Below the pieces are notes generated by a model. It saw only the letters and a program-made list of their open reading frames with translations. It was not told where the DNA came from and ran no database searches. A DNA stretch of 63,142 nt, the filler included, from Squatina squatina (lineage: Eukaryota), in NCBI GenBank assembly GCA_031763465.1. It is 4 parts of 4 records of this genome, joined end to end, with 100 filler letters (N's around TTAATTAATTAA, not from the genome) between each part and the next. Parts side by side here need not be neighbours in the genome. Positions count along the whole stretch, not along the records: positions 1 to 20,580 come from JARFOE010000073.1; 3 more parts are not named here. One strand, 5' to 3'. Positions 1-11,646 of this stretch are shown here, piece by piece; positions within the stretch are counted from its first letter, which is position 1, and each line of letters starts with the position of its first letter. A program made the position numbers and the translations under genes.

Positions 1-240
1 CACTTTTCCTGTTGGGTTTTTGTGCCTTAAAAAGAATGTATATTTGTTGTAAACCATGTATTAATTCTTTAAATGTTAGCCATTGCCTGCCCACTGTCAT
101 ACCTTTTAATGTAGTTTCCAAATCTACCTAAGTCAACTTGGCCCTCATACCTTCGTAGTTTCCTTTGTTTAGATTTAAGACCCTAGTCTCAGATTGAACT
201 ACATCACATTCAAACTCAATGTAAAATTCTATCATATTAT
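1..240 (-). mobile_element. CR1-clade LINE ORF2 fragment (end of endonuclease domain and linker), degraded
   Basis: Minus strand reads NMIEFYIEFECDVVQSETRVLNLNKGNYEGMRAKLT*VDLETTLKGMTVGRQWLTFKELI, typical of CR1 ORF2 just after the SDHN motif; contains an in-frame stop. Confidence 0.8.
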
Positions 241-1173
241 TCCATACTTGAATAATCATACTGTTCTTCCAGAATTTACTATTCTTTCAGTGACTGTTTG
301 TAGGGATCCTTCAATTGTCAATCTTTTTTCACTGATGGTAAGAGGGAGAGGAGAGACAGACCTGGGGCTCGAAGAGATCCCTGGGCCGAAGAGACGAGGA
401 CTGGGGGAGGGGGTTGGTGGGAGAGAGAAAGACACTTAAGCTCCAGTAGTTCTTCAACAGAAAGTGTGTTGTAACAGAGTGCTCTATAAATGTGAATTCT
501 ATAAGATTTCAGAAACATATCTGACCTTGGATTTCAAAACCTGTTTCTTGTTTAGTGTGTAATTGTTTCAATAAACCTAAAGCCTTTGTACCACAGGTTG
601 GATATTGTTGAATGATTTTTATGAAGCAGTTATAATCACCAGTGAGCAAATCATTGCCAGATGTTTTAAGTTCACTCACTGTCACTGTAAACCTGTGGGA
701 AAGGTACATGGGCCTTTGCCATAGCTTCTTAAAAGTTTAATTGGCTGGGGATTTTAAGTTGAGCGAAGTGAAAATTGAGGATGTTTACACACAGTAAATA
801 TATAAAAGATCTCCAGGGAATATATATGCCTGAATTTTTAAATTTCTTCCTGCCTCCCTGTGTCTTTAGAAAATAAAAACGGTTTAGATTTTGAAGCTTT
901 GTGTAATGACTTGTAAAGTGGAATGAATTCTGAACTTAAATGGAATCAGAAAGTGAGAACAAAGTGTTGGGAGTCTAGCAGGATTCTGTTGAATAGTATG
1001 ATCTATGAATGAGGCTAACAATGCATGCTGCATTGCGTATTGTTGCACATCTTTCAGTCTACCGTCTGTAATAAGTCTTCTGTATAGAAAAGATGCAAAC
1101 TACTAGAACAGCTTTACCGTGCAGATTGACATACAACCAGTTACTAATTCAAAAGCAGTAGACTTAAGTTATC

Positions 1174-1190
1174 CTCTCTCTCTCTCTCTC
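1174..1190. repeat. (CT)n microsatellite
   Basis: Direct reading: ctctctctctctctctc. Confidence 0.9.
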
Positions 1191-1209
1191 ATCATTTCTT
1201 GCTGTGGTT

Positions 1210-1580
1210 TGGTGCTGGCTGCTGTCTGGTACTGTATCCACCCTTCACTAGTCACCTGAGACATTGTGGGAGGGGGTGCACCTCCCAGCTGAGCCCAACT
1301 TGTGTCTGCATCTAATGACTACCCAAGCACATTTTTAGTAGTGTTTAGGAATGGGAAGCGTGGTTGATGGGATTCTCCCCCCCTGCCCCCCCCCCCTTTC
1401 TAGTCGAGGGTGCGGAGGCCAGTTATGGTGTCCATCTCAGTTCAGGTAAGCTAACTCTGAACAGACCAGGATTGAGTTCATGATCTGCTCACTGAGGCTT
1501 GCAGTGTAATGAAGGTCCTGAGTTCAATTCCCAGTCTATTGAGTTAGCTGATCTCAGGCACTGCGACAGTCAGGGCACTG
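1210..1580. mobile_element. Two copies of a tRNA-derived SINE-like repeat in head-to-head orientation (about 1210-1480 minus, about 1500-1580 plus)
   Basis: The reverse complement of 1450-1480 (tgaactcaatcctggtctgttcagagttagc) matches plus-strand 1520-1549 (tgagttcaattcccagtctattgagttagc), which has a B-box-like GTTCAATTCC. Related sequence recurs near 11655, 15860 and 20125. Confidence 0.55.
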
Positions 1581-2384
1581 CACCTCACTCACTTTCTGCT
1601 ACAAATTACTGCATTAAATTCAAAATGGGAGTAATTCTGAAACAAAATTAACTTTCTGGTGTTGTGGGGGGGTGGAATCTGTCTGTTGTCTCTGAGATAG
1701 GGTGCTGGAGGATGGTCGANNNNNNNNNNNNNNNNNNNNNNNNNNNNNNNNNNNNNNNNNNNNNNNNNNNNNNNNNNNNNNNNNNNNNNNNNNNNNNNNN
1801 NNNNNNNNNNNNNNNNNNNGCATTAGATCCAAGGAGGAGACATAAATTGGCCCAAGAAAAGCAGCAAAAAAATTACCTTGCAAAATAATACCATTTCCAG
1901 ACCTATATCTGTGATACAGCTTTACCAAATCGGGCTCAGCTGATAACTTTGGAGCTACCAATCTTCAGTTTGACAAATCTAAATCCGATGGAAGAGAGTT
2001 GAAAATACTTTGCGCAAACTAGAAGGCCTGGTCTGGTTTCTTAATGATTTTATTAAACATACCATTTGTACATATCCATACATTTGCCTTTAATTACATG
2101 CAGTGACTTTATTCATGATGGCCTTACTGTATTGCTGTCTGTTGTATCTGTGAAATTAATTTCCTGCAGTATTTAATAAAGGGTCTATTTTGGCAAATTA
2201 GGTTTTATAATTAGCTAATTACTTTTAGAATGAAGTGCAGTCGATTTGAAATTTGAATAGAATTGACCCTTGTAATGGTTAGGAAATTGGCACAATCTCC
2301 CATCCTTTATTGTGCATATCCTTTCATTATCTGCCTAATTTTCACTCTGCCTCCGTGAGAGCTAAGCCATTTAGAGTGAAATCA

Positions 2385-2620
2385 TGAATGACTTTTTCAC
2401 ACAAAAGGTTGTGAAAATCTGGAACTTGCTCCCCCAAAAGGTTGTGGATGCTGGGTCAATTAAAATTTCAAGACTGAGATTGGTAGATTATTGTTAGTTA
2501 AGGATATCAAGGGATATGAAACAAAGGTAGCTATAAATGGAGTGAGGTACAAATCAGCCATGATCGTATAGAATGGTGGAACAGGTTCAAAGGGCTGAAC
2601 GGCCAGCTCCTGTTCCTAAT
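2385..2620 (+). mobile_element. CR1-clade LINE 3' end
   Basis: FFTQKVVKIWNLLPQKVVDAGSIKIFKTEIGRLL ORF2 C-terminus, followed by the tcagccatgatc...gaatgg...agggctgaacggcc...ctcctgttcct tail. Confidence 0.85.
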
Positions 2621-3054
2621 GAGGTGCTGACTTGTGCTGTGCTATGTTTTCATAAGAGCCTTCCAGCACCTCTTCTGAAATGTCTGCTCTCCGCTCATGT
2701 GAACCAAGATTATGAGTGTTGGGGGATTTTTCAACCACAGTTGAGCCTGATATTATCCTCCCGCAACAGCCACACGGACACACCATTTCTAGCACTGGAT
2801 AGCAATCAGACGCTGATTTATTTATTTTCATCTTTCTTTCCAAGTCCAGGGTTGTTGAGGCAAATTCTAGCACCACTATAGCTAACTAGTGGGCTTTCGG
2901 GGAAGCTACCGATCCTTTATCTTTTTATTTAAAAACAAAAGCTGCAGCTTGTAAATTTGATCATGGCTGGCAGCACTGCATATCTGTGGTAAAACTATCT
3001 GAAAGTAATGATCATTCAAACTCCAAGGGCTTCTTTACATTTTAATCATTAATA

Positions 3055-3355
3055 CAAAAGCAAACTACTGCAGATGCCGGAAATCTGAAATAAAAATATA
3101 AAATGCTGGAAATACTCAGCAGGTCAGGCAGCATCGGTGAAGAGAGAAACAGATTTAACGATTCAAGTCGATGAATTTTCGTTCGCGATATAATCGATTT
3201 TAAGCAAGTGTGGGGGGAGGGGAGGAAAGAACAAAAGGAAGGTCTGTGATAGGGTGGAAGGCTGAAGAGATTAAATGTCAAAAAGGATGATGGTGCAAAG
3301 CAAAAGCAGATGGTAATAGGACAATTAAAGAATCAAAAGATGAGTCTCGAAGAGG
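3055..3355 (-). mobile_element. Penelope-like retroelement terminal (pLTR-like) segment
   Basis: Matches, from recall, the abundant elasmobranch motif aaatgctggaaatactcagcaggtcaggcagcatc...gagagaaacaga..taacg. A second degenerate copy is at about 63010-63080. Confidence 0.6.
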
Positions 3356-4408
3356 NNNNNNNNNNNNNNNNNNNNNNNNNNNNNNNNNNNNNNNNNNNNN
3401 NNNNNNNNNNNNNNNNNNNNNNNNNNNNNNNNNNNNNNNNNNNNNNNNNNNNNNNTGAAAAGATGGAGTTGGTGAGCGTAATGTATTAAATGTGTTGACA
3501 TTAAGCTGCTGTCAAGTTTGATACAGGTAAATTAAACAGCAGCAGGAATGAGGAGCCTTGTGCTGTGTTCAATGCATTTGTGGTAACACAGTTAATGTGA
3601 CACAATGCACTCAGTCAGTGTCATGTTGAAGCAATTATACTGAAAACAGGAACATTTGAGTCTGTACCTTATGCGTGAAATGCATTTGTAATGCTGATTA
3701 TGTGATAGAGTAATTTAATCTGCTACACACTACAGTATTCTTTAAACAAACCGGACATTGTTCACCTTGTTCAAGTTTCTCATCTGGCCAAAATGTTGTT
3801 GGAAAGAAAATGTTTGTTCTGNNNNNNNNNNTGAATGTGTCATGTTTCAAGATTTTCTGACCATTTGTCCACAGAAAGGGGTTTGAGAAAAAAGTGACTT
3901 GATTGTTAGGTTTTTTTGAAACCAAGTGGATTTGCACAGATTTAAAAAGGAAGGCCACAGGCTGCAGGCATTGCCGAATATACATTAACTATGCAATGGA
4001 CATTGATATTGTTGCTCAGCCCAGCATCTTCAATATTTTGCTTTTGATTAACAAGCTCTTCTAATTAACTGCTAGGCAGGGTGGAGGGGTCCGGAACTGA
4101 ACCTCAGATTCCTGTGGGTGCTGGAAAGAGGTGAACAAAGCTACCTTTGGCGAGTTGGACAGCAAAGTGTTGCAAAAAGGATTTTAAAAAAAAAATTGCA
4201 CGAGTCTGCAGGAAATGAAGGCTCTGCAATAGGTTTCGGGAAATAAGGCAGAACCATTATTCTGTTTAAATTAAGTAAGATGGCCCACTGAAGTGAAGTC
4301 TCTTAAACNNNNNNNNNNNNNNNNNNNNNNNNNNNNNNNNNNNNNNNNNNNNNNNNNNNNNNNNNNNNNNNNNNNNNNNNNNNNNNNNNNNNNNNNNNNN
4401 NNNNNNNN

Positions 4409-4937
4409 AGGGGAGGACTGCCAGCCATCCTGATCTCACCAGCCTGGGCTGCCAGGGACCCTGGTGACTGAGCCACCAGCCTGGCATGCCAGTCAGTGTG
4501 CCAGGCAAGGCGTTAGTCGCCTGATCCAACCAAGGAGCCACGATTTTTTGGCCAACTATGAAGTCGGCTGATAAATAAAAATGGCGGCCGGAGGTGCCGA
4601 CGCCCTCCCCTTTAAGGGACCCGTTGCAGCAACAGGCTTTAGTGTAGCTGCAACTGCCCGTGCTGCGGCTGCCTCCCACAGCTGAATTTCACCCGCAAAT
4701 GGAGCGGCAGGGGGTTGCAGCTGTATTGTGCGGGTCGGCGCATATTTTGTTGACATCACGCGTCGACCTGCTACGAAATTCAGCTGGACAGGCGTAAAGG
4801 CCTTTGCACTGCAGCTGAATTTCAGGGGAGGCAAGATGGCCGCCTCCCGGCACCATTTGACGCCTTTTAAAAAAAAACTTCTCATTAGCGCCCCTCGGAG
4901 GCGCTAATGGGACATTACAGGAGCTCAATTTCGGCTC
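4409..4937. mobile_element. GC-rich non-autonomous TIR-type DNA element (Harbinger/PIF-like), left part lost in gap
   Basis: GC/CpG-rich block with repeated gctgaatttc motifs, a perfect 10-bp stem at 4883-4909 and a terminal caatttcggctc followed by att. Shares aaaatggcggcc...ccctcccctttaa with 55153-55605 in the opposite orientation. Confidence 0.55.
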
Positions 4938-5375
4938 ATTAGAGACAGTAAGAGGCCAGAGGGAGGGGTCCAGGTGGAACGAGAATTCTGAAGATGGGAG
5001 AAAGGGGTGGAAGGCTTCTGGCCAAAGAAGTGTGTGTGGAGGCAACGGAAGAAGAGCTCAGCATCGTGCCGAGCTCGAAATCCATTGAGGTGTGGGCATA
5101 AGGTGATGAAACTAAGGCCTCTGCTGAGGACTGATTGTTCAACGGTCAGAGAAGGGAAGTTCAGAAGGGACAGTGAAAACAGGGCAAGGGGTGATATTGG
5201 AAGAAGAGATGGGATCAGAGGAAAGTGCAGGGGAAGAAGGTTCCAGAGGGGTGTTGGTGTCCAAGAGTTGTTGAAGCTTACGATCCTTGACACCTGAAAG
5301 GAAGGAAAAAAGTTTTTTGTTAAAGCGCCGGATAAGGCAAAGGATAAAATGGAACTGCGGACCAGGTTAAGTAAT
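4938..5375 (-). mobile_element. Penelope-like element ORF fragment (N-terminal to the RT domain), frameshifted
   Basis: Minus strand gives FLSGVKDRKLQQLLDTNTPLEP...VFTVPSELPFSD, then in a shifted frame EQSVLSRGLSFITLCPHLNGFRARHDAELFFR...STWTPPSGLL. The LS(K/R)GLSF.P and W.PP motifs are characteristic of Penelope-like ORFs. Confidence 0.7.
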
Positions 5376-6447
5376 TCTGAAAGGTGCTTTTAGTATTGTA
5401 CTCCATAGATGCCTGTTGCCATGCTGCTTTGTGCTGTTGTGGTAGTATTCAGAGAGTTTAGCAATTGCAGTTTGTGAGTGCTTTTATATAAACTGTTTCA
5501 TAATGTTTACGTGTGTTTTTCTTTGCCATTTATCCGATGAGACAGCTGGCCTGGCAGGTATGACTCACTCTGGGGTCAAAACTTTGAAGATCTTGGTCTA
5601 TTAATTTTAATTTAAGAAGAGCCTTTTTGTGATTAGCTCTACATTGGCTGCCAAGAACAAAACGTGAAACGAATGCAGAAAGAGAGAATGCTGTGATAGC
5701 TCACCATAAATCGTAGTGCTTTCTTAACAACTATACCTCGGAGGGTTGAAAGAGCAGTCATTTCTACAGTACATTCTGCAATTGAACAAGTGAATCAGAC
5801 GGATTATATTTGGTGCTGGTATGTAATTAATTCCCTATTGTCCATCAGTCATTTTTGGGAGGGGGTGGGGATGTGTGTGGTGTGGGCTAGAGAATTTCAT
5901 TTACTTCATGCGTGGAATTTAGGAGCTTGACGAGAGAGAAAAGCTCTGTACTTCACTCTCTCTGCTGTGTGCTTTTTTTTAAACCAGTATAATTACTTAG
6001 TGAAGCTCTGAGGGTAACACAGATTCTTTGCTTCCACACCTGTTTACCATATTCTAAAGAAATAGAAACAAGAATGAATTTGAACTGCAAATATCTTTTG
6101 GTTTGGTTTACCACAGTGATTTGACTGATGGAGCAACCTACAGTTTTAAACTTTTGACATCTGCTAGCCATTCTTTAATGTACCATAGTCTCTAACAGCC
6201 TGCAATTTATCTGCAGTATTTTGCTTTTGAGCCTGCAATTTATGTTTGTGCTTTTTTCAGTCTTTTTAACACCAAAATAGTGCATATAAATATGCTTTAA
6301 ATCAAATGTAAGGTAGAGTCACATTTGAAATGCAAAATAGACATTTATATTTGCCTTTTTACGTACGACCCAGAGAAGCATGGGATCTTGTGCAGGTTTT
6401 ACCAATTCTCCAGCATTTTGTGTGAGACTTGCATGTGGGGTCCCAAT

Positions 6448-6849
6448 GAAAGAAAGACTTGCATTTATATAGCACCTTTCACAACCACCGAACATCTCAA
6501 AGCGCCTTACAGCCAATGAAGTACTTTTTTGGAGTGTAGTCACTGTTGTAATATGGGAAACGCAGCAGCCAGTTTGCACGCAGCAAGCTCCCACAAACAA
6601 GATTGAGAAAAATGATCTCTTCCAGGTGTTGGTTGAGGGATAAATGTTGGCTGGGACTCCTTGAGAAATCCCCTGCTCTTCCTCGATTTGTGCCGTGGGA
6701 AATTTTACAACCACCCGAGAGGGCATTGGTTTAGCGTCTCATAAAAGACGGCAACTCTGAGAGTGCAGCACTCCCTCAGATCTCTGTGGTGGGCTTTGAA
6801 ACTATGACCTTCTGACTCAGAGTTAAGATTGTTACCATTGTGCCAAGAC
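6448..6849 (-). mobile_element. Deu-domain tRNA-derived SINE (SacSINE1/AmnSINE1-like), near full length
   Basis: Reverse complement aligns along its length with the plus-strand copy at 59815-60236, including the ggtgctatataaatgcaagtctttc tail. Confidence 0.85.
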
Positions 6850-9069
6850 CTTGTCTGCATTGAGAACTGGGGTGGATGGAGTGGAAAATAGTGTCTATTT
6901 CAGGCCGGGCTCGCCAGTATACAACATACCCATCCATATTTGTGTCGGCATATTGTAAGGGGTTATAAAATATCAGTGATACTTATTCACTGTCATTGAA
7001 GTCACAGCAACTCTGNNNNNNNNNNNNNNNNNNNNNNNNNNNNNNNNNNNNNNNNNNNNNNNNNNNNNNNNNNNNNNNNNNNNNNNNNNNNNNNNNNNNN
7101 NNNNNNNNNNNNNNNAACAGTGGGGTTACATTTGCTGCCTTCTAATCTGCAGGAACCGTTCTAGAATTTATGGAATTTAATTAGTTTTTACTTGAACGCT
7201 TCGACCTCTCCCAAAAGCTTGGACGTGATATTTTTGCTCAGAGTGGTGACTCTTGTGAATTGAAGGCAGAACCTACTTGCAGGAAAGCTTTTGTAATATT
7301 ACTGTCATGTTAAACTGTGAAATAACTATAAGCACTTACGAAGGCTGAATTGTGGCCTTTTATACCCATCACCTGAACAACTTTTTGTTAAATTGTCAGG
7401 GCTAGCTGTTATCGTTCTGTATCAGCCATGTAGTGATACAGTTGGCTGCCTGCTAAGATGCATGTAGACTACCTACTGAGATTTGAGGTAAATGAGGTTT
7501 GTTCAAGTAGATTTGAAAAAAGACAGTGTATCTTTTTTTTATTTTGAATGAACTGTTGGCAATAGAGACAAAATAAACCCAGGGTAATAATGAATGGACA
7601 GCAGTCCAGTAAGACTGCTTGATTAAATTACTGCCCTTTACTTGAGTGAAGCCTGAGTGACCGATTTAAATGTCAGCTGGACCCTTGGATTGAATTACTG
7701 TTGTAAACTCTCTGCCAGCCATTTGTTATTTGTTATTGTAATATTTTAAATTAAAAAATATTGTTTACTTACAGTTGTATAGCAACCACGTTCAAAGTGT
7801 TGCAACTGACAATAAATAGCCAGCAAAGAGTGGTAAAATGGATTGTATTGTAAGACCTAAAGGTCTATGGCAACCTGGAACTTTTTTCAGTACAGAGTTA
7901 CTTAAAAATAAACAATGTATAAATACATATAAAATATTTCTGTATTGTCTACAATTTGCAATAAGCATGGGTATAGGAAGCAAACATAGTTTACTTGTCT
8001 TGCTAGTGACTGGTCCATCAATCTAAGGGATCCCAGTTTTTTTTAACTCATTAGCATACAAGAAGTAATTGAAAACGGTGATGTTTACTAGATTGGTTCG
8101 TGAGATAGTGGGCCAGGAGGGGAATGGATTAGCTGGTGTATATATGAACTTCACCCCAGGCANNNNNNNNNNNNNNNNNNNNNNNNNNNNNNNNNNNNNN
8201 NNNNNNNNNNNNNNNNNNNNNNNNNNNNNNNNNNNNNNNNNNNNNNNNNNNNNNNNNNNNNNGTGCATTAATCTGACCCTGGAAATTAAACCGAATGGAG
8301 CATACCTCCTGCTACTATTGTGATCAGCTCACTTCACACAGATCAGGGATTGAACCTACGATCATGTCTAATAGCTCTGCTATTCTCCAAATAAAATACA
8401 TGTAGCGAGGGAAATAAAGGAAAGGATGTTAAAGACAATTTAATAATTTCTACCACTGTCAGCTTCTGATAGTCCTCAGTTCGGGCATGCAACTGGTTTG
8501 ATGATACTGATCTGAAATTGACAGGGGATGTGCATCTTTAAACTGTTGTTTATCTCTTCAGAATATCTTCAGACTTAAAATGCATTTCAATAAATTTGGA
8601 ATGTAATTTTATCTCTGTGGAGCTCATTTTCGTTCATTAATATTGATTTCCTTTTCAAAACTGAGGTAACGTATGAGACTTTCTTATTAAACTTCCTAGT
8701 TTTCTTACTGGTGTATTGCTGTGTTCTGTTGAAGGTAATGGCATATGCCTGCACACTGACAATAACTAAAGTCAACAGAATTGATGTTACCATTAAAGTA
8801 TTGATCTTGACCCTGATAATAAATGGCAGCAGAAGTTGTGAATTATAAACTCTGCACATATGGGTTCTGGTGAATGATTGATTTAGACCATGTGTTGGTG
8901 ACACTGTATTCTTAACAAGTTAAGCTGTTGTCATTGCTATATGTGCATTATTTCATCTTGTTCACTTGACTGCAATAGATCCTGTCTGTCAATTGGGGCA
9001 GCAAAACACATGCTACCTAAAATGTGCAGGCGATAGCAGAGTACTTGTGCTGGCTGTCTTGTACTATAT

Positions 9070-9154
9070 AGAAACATAGAAAATAGGTGCAGGAGTAGGC
9101 CATTCGGCCCTTCGGGCCTGCACCACCATTCAACACGATCATGGCTGATCTTTC
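9070..9154 (-). mobile_element. CR1-type 3' tail, truncated by gap
   Basis: agaaacatagaaaataggtgcaggagtaggccattcggcccttcgggcctgcaccaccattcaa...atcatggctgatc. Confidence 0.85.
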
Positions 9155-10224
9155 NNNNNNNNNNNNNNNNNNNNNNNNNNNNNNNNNNNNNNNNNNNNNN
9201 NNNNNNNNNNNNNNNNNNNNNNNNNNNNNNNNNNNNNNNNNNNNNNNNNNNNNNGTCCTTTGAGGGAGTTTCTCCCATGGCTTAAAAAAAAATGTATTTA
9301 TACCAGCCGTCTCCATCTTCATTAGCTGATGGAAGGGATTTGCAGTGTTCGCAGTACTTCATAGCAGGTACTGGCAGGCTGCCAGACAAGGCACGACTGC
9401 TGTTCTAAGGCAGTGGGTTTCTCCTTCAGCCTTCCAAAGCACTGTAATGCAGGAGAAGAGCACATGAAAAATTTCTTCAGGACTCTGTGAGCAGTGCATC
9501 TTTTGTTTGTAGCAGAGAAAATGGGTCCTGACTTTTGACAGATTGTGTTGCTGTTGGGATTGTGTGACATTGGAAAACTGAAAGCTTTTTTCTTTGTTTT
9601 GTGTGGCACCGAGACTGGGGCAGGATGTTGGGACGCTTTGGATTTTCAAGTCTGATACCTCAGGTGGCACATATTTTCTACCAAGTACAAGACAGGTGTG
9701 TGAAGACTGTCGTGCTGAAGGTTTCCATTAGTGACTGGCATCTACGCTCAAGGTTAAATACAGTAAAGAGCAAATTATGTCTTGTGAAATTTGCGCATGT
9801 CCTAACTAGTATTTATTAGTAATGGTCACATCATGAAATTTAGCATGGTTTAACCTCTTCTTTGCAAGAGATTTGACTAAGCTGACAGAACTAGACTTGT
9901 GGCTTGAAATATCTAATTAATGAGGTAGGTGCAAGATAGAGTTACGGGGCCCAGGGCATTTGCTTTTTCATTACCAAGTAATATTAGCTATTACAGACTG
10001 ACCTCCAGTTTTGTTTTCTAGACAATGGCCACCATGTTAAATATGTGCAATCACTCATTGTTAGTAAAGAAAATCCCATCTCTTCCTGTTGATTGATTAT
10101 TACGCTTAACGTGTTCCTTAGAATTATTTTGAAGTAGAATTTGTTTGCAATAAGCAACGTTGTACAGGACTGAGCAGTGATGATCAATACTGTACTCACT
10201 TGTCAAATCTGTAAATTTCTACAG

Positions 10225-11646
10225 TCCATTTGTCTGACATCCAATCTTCAATGAACTGAAATTTTCTCCAGCTAAACATAAAGAAGACAAAAGCTATCAT
10301 CATCATCCTCTGACATGATCTCTGTACCCTCAGATCGACTCCATCCATCCATCCATCTCCTTGGTCACTGTTCCCAGTCTGAACCAGAATGTTTGTAAGT
10401 TAGCCATCCTGTTTGACCCGGAGCTGAGCTTCCTACCCCATGTATTCTCCATCACAGCCAACTTCCATTTCCGTAACGTCACCCGCGTCCGCGTCCACCC
10501 CCGCCCCGACCGTCGTCAATCCACAACAACAGCTTGCATTTATATATAGCGCCCTTAACATGGGAAAACGTCCCAGGGCTTTTTTCAAAGGAGCATTCTC
10601 AAACAAAGTTTGACACCGTATAGCCATATAAGGAGATATTAGGACAGGTGACCAAAAGCATAGTCGAAGAGGTAGGTTTTAAGGAGTGCCTTAAAGAAGG
10701 AGAGAGAGAGAGAAGTGGAGAGGTTTAGGATGGGAATTCCAGAGCCAGAGAATTCCTTGGTAGTTGAAGGCACGACTGCCAATGGTGGAAGGGATTTAAA
10801 AATAGGGGATGCACAAGAGGCCAGAATTGGAGGAGTGAAGAAATCTCAGAAGGTTGTAGGGCTGGAGGAGGAGGTTACAGACATGGGGAGGGGGCGAGGC
10901 CATGGAGGGATTTAAAAACCAGGATAAGAATTTTAAAATTGATGAGTTGCCTGACCAGGAATGAATGCAGTTCAGCGAGCACAAGGGTGATGGACGAATG
11001 GGACTTGGTGCGAATTTAGAGGCGGGCAGCAGAGCTTTGAATGACCTCAACTTAAAGGAAGGTGCAAGGTGGGATGTCAGCCAGGAGATGCCACTGACAG
11101 CCGAATGTATGCTTTTGCCACCTCCAGATTTTATTCAGGACAAAATTCTCATGGCCAACATTCCATCCTCCACTCTCCCTAAACTTCAGTTTGTCTGAAC
11201 CTTAGCTGCCCATGTCCTATCCTGTATGAAGTTCTGCTTACCATCAGCCCTGTCCTCACTGACCAACATTAGTTCCTGGCCACCAATGCCACGACTTAGA
11301 AATTTTCAGACTTGTGTTTAAATTACTGTGGTCTAAACCCTCCATCTCTGACATTATCACTATCACCTACCCCCTCAAAATCTTTATTATTTTGACTAGT
11401 CTCTAATGCATCTCCCTCTCCCTTTGGCTCGCCATTAGCAGATGTGCTTTTAGCCATCGAGGCCTTGTGCTGTGGAATTTCCTCCCTAAACCCATCTGAC
11501 TCTTTACTACTTTTTCTTCCTTTAAGACCATCATAAAGCCTACCTCTATGCTCAAACTTTTTCTTTGGCTTGGCATCTGGGTTTCAAAATGCCTCTAAGA
11601 AGGTTCCTGAAGACATTTTTCTATCTTAAAGCTGCTATATAAATGC
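10225..11646. mobile_element. L2-clade LINE (+; about 10225-10500 and 11140-11646) interrupted by an inverted L2 3' end (-; about 10530-11100)
   Basis: Plus strand reads LSDIQSSMN*NFLQLNIKKTKAII and LAILFDPELSFLPHV, resumes at ILMANIPSSTLPKLQFV and ends gctgctatataaatgc. The insert begins with cttgcatttatatagcgcc, the reverse complement of the same tail. Confidence 0.75.

Noticed and set aside
4560-4930. CpG island with YY1 motif as a gene promoter
   Set aside because: The same motifs recur at 55153-55605 and there is no first-exon donor; better explained as a dispersed repeat.
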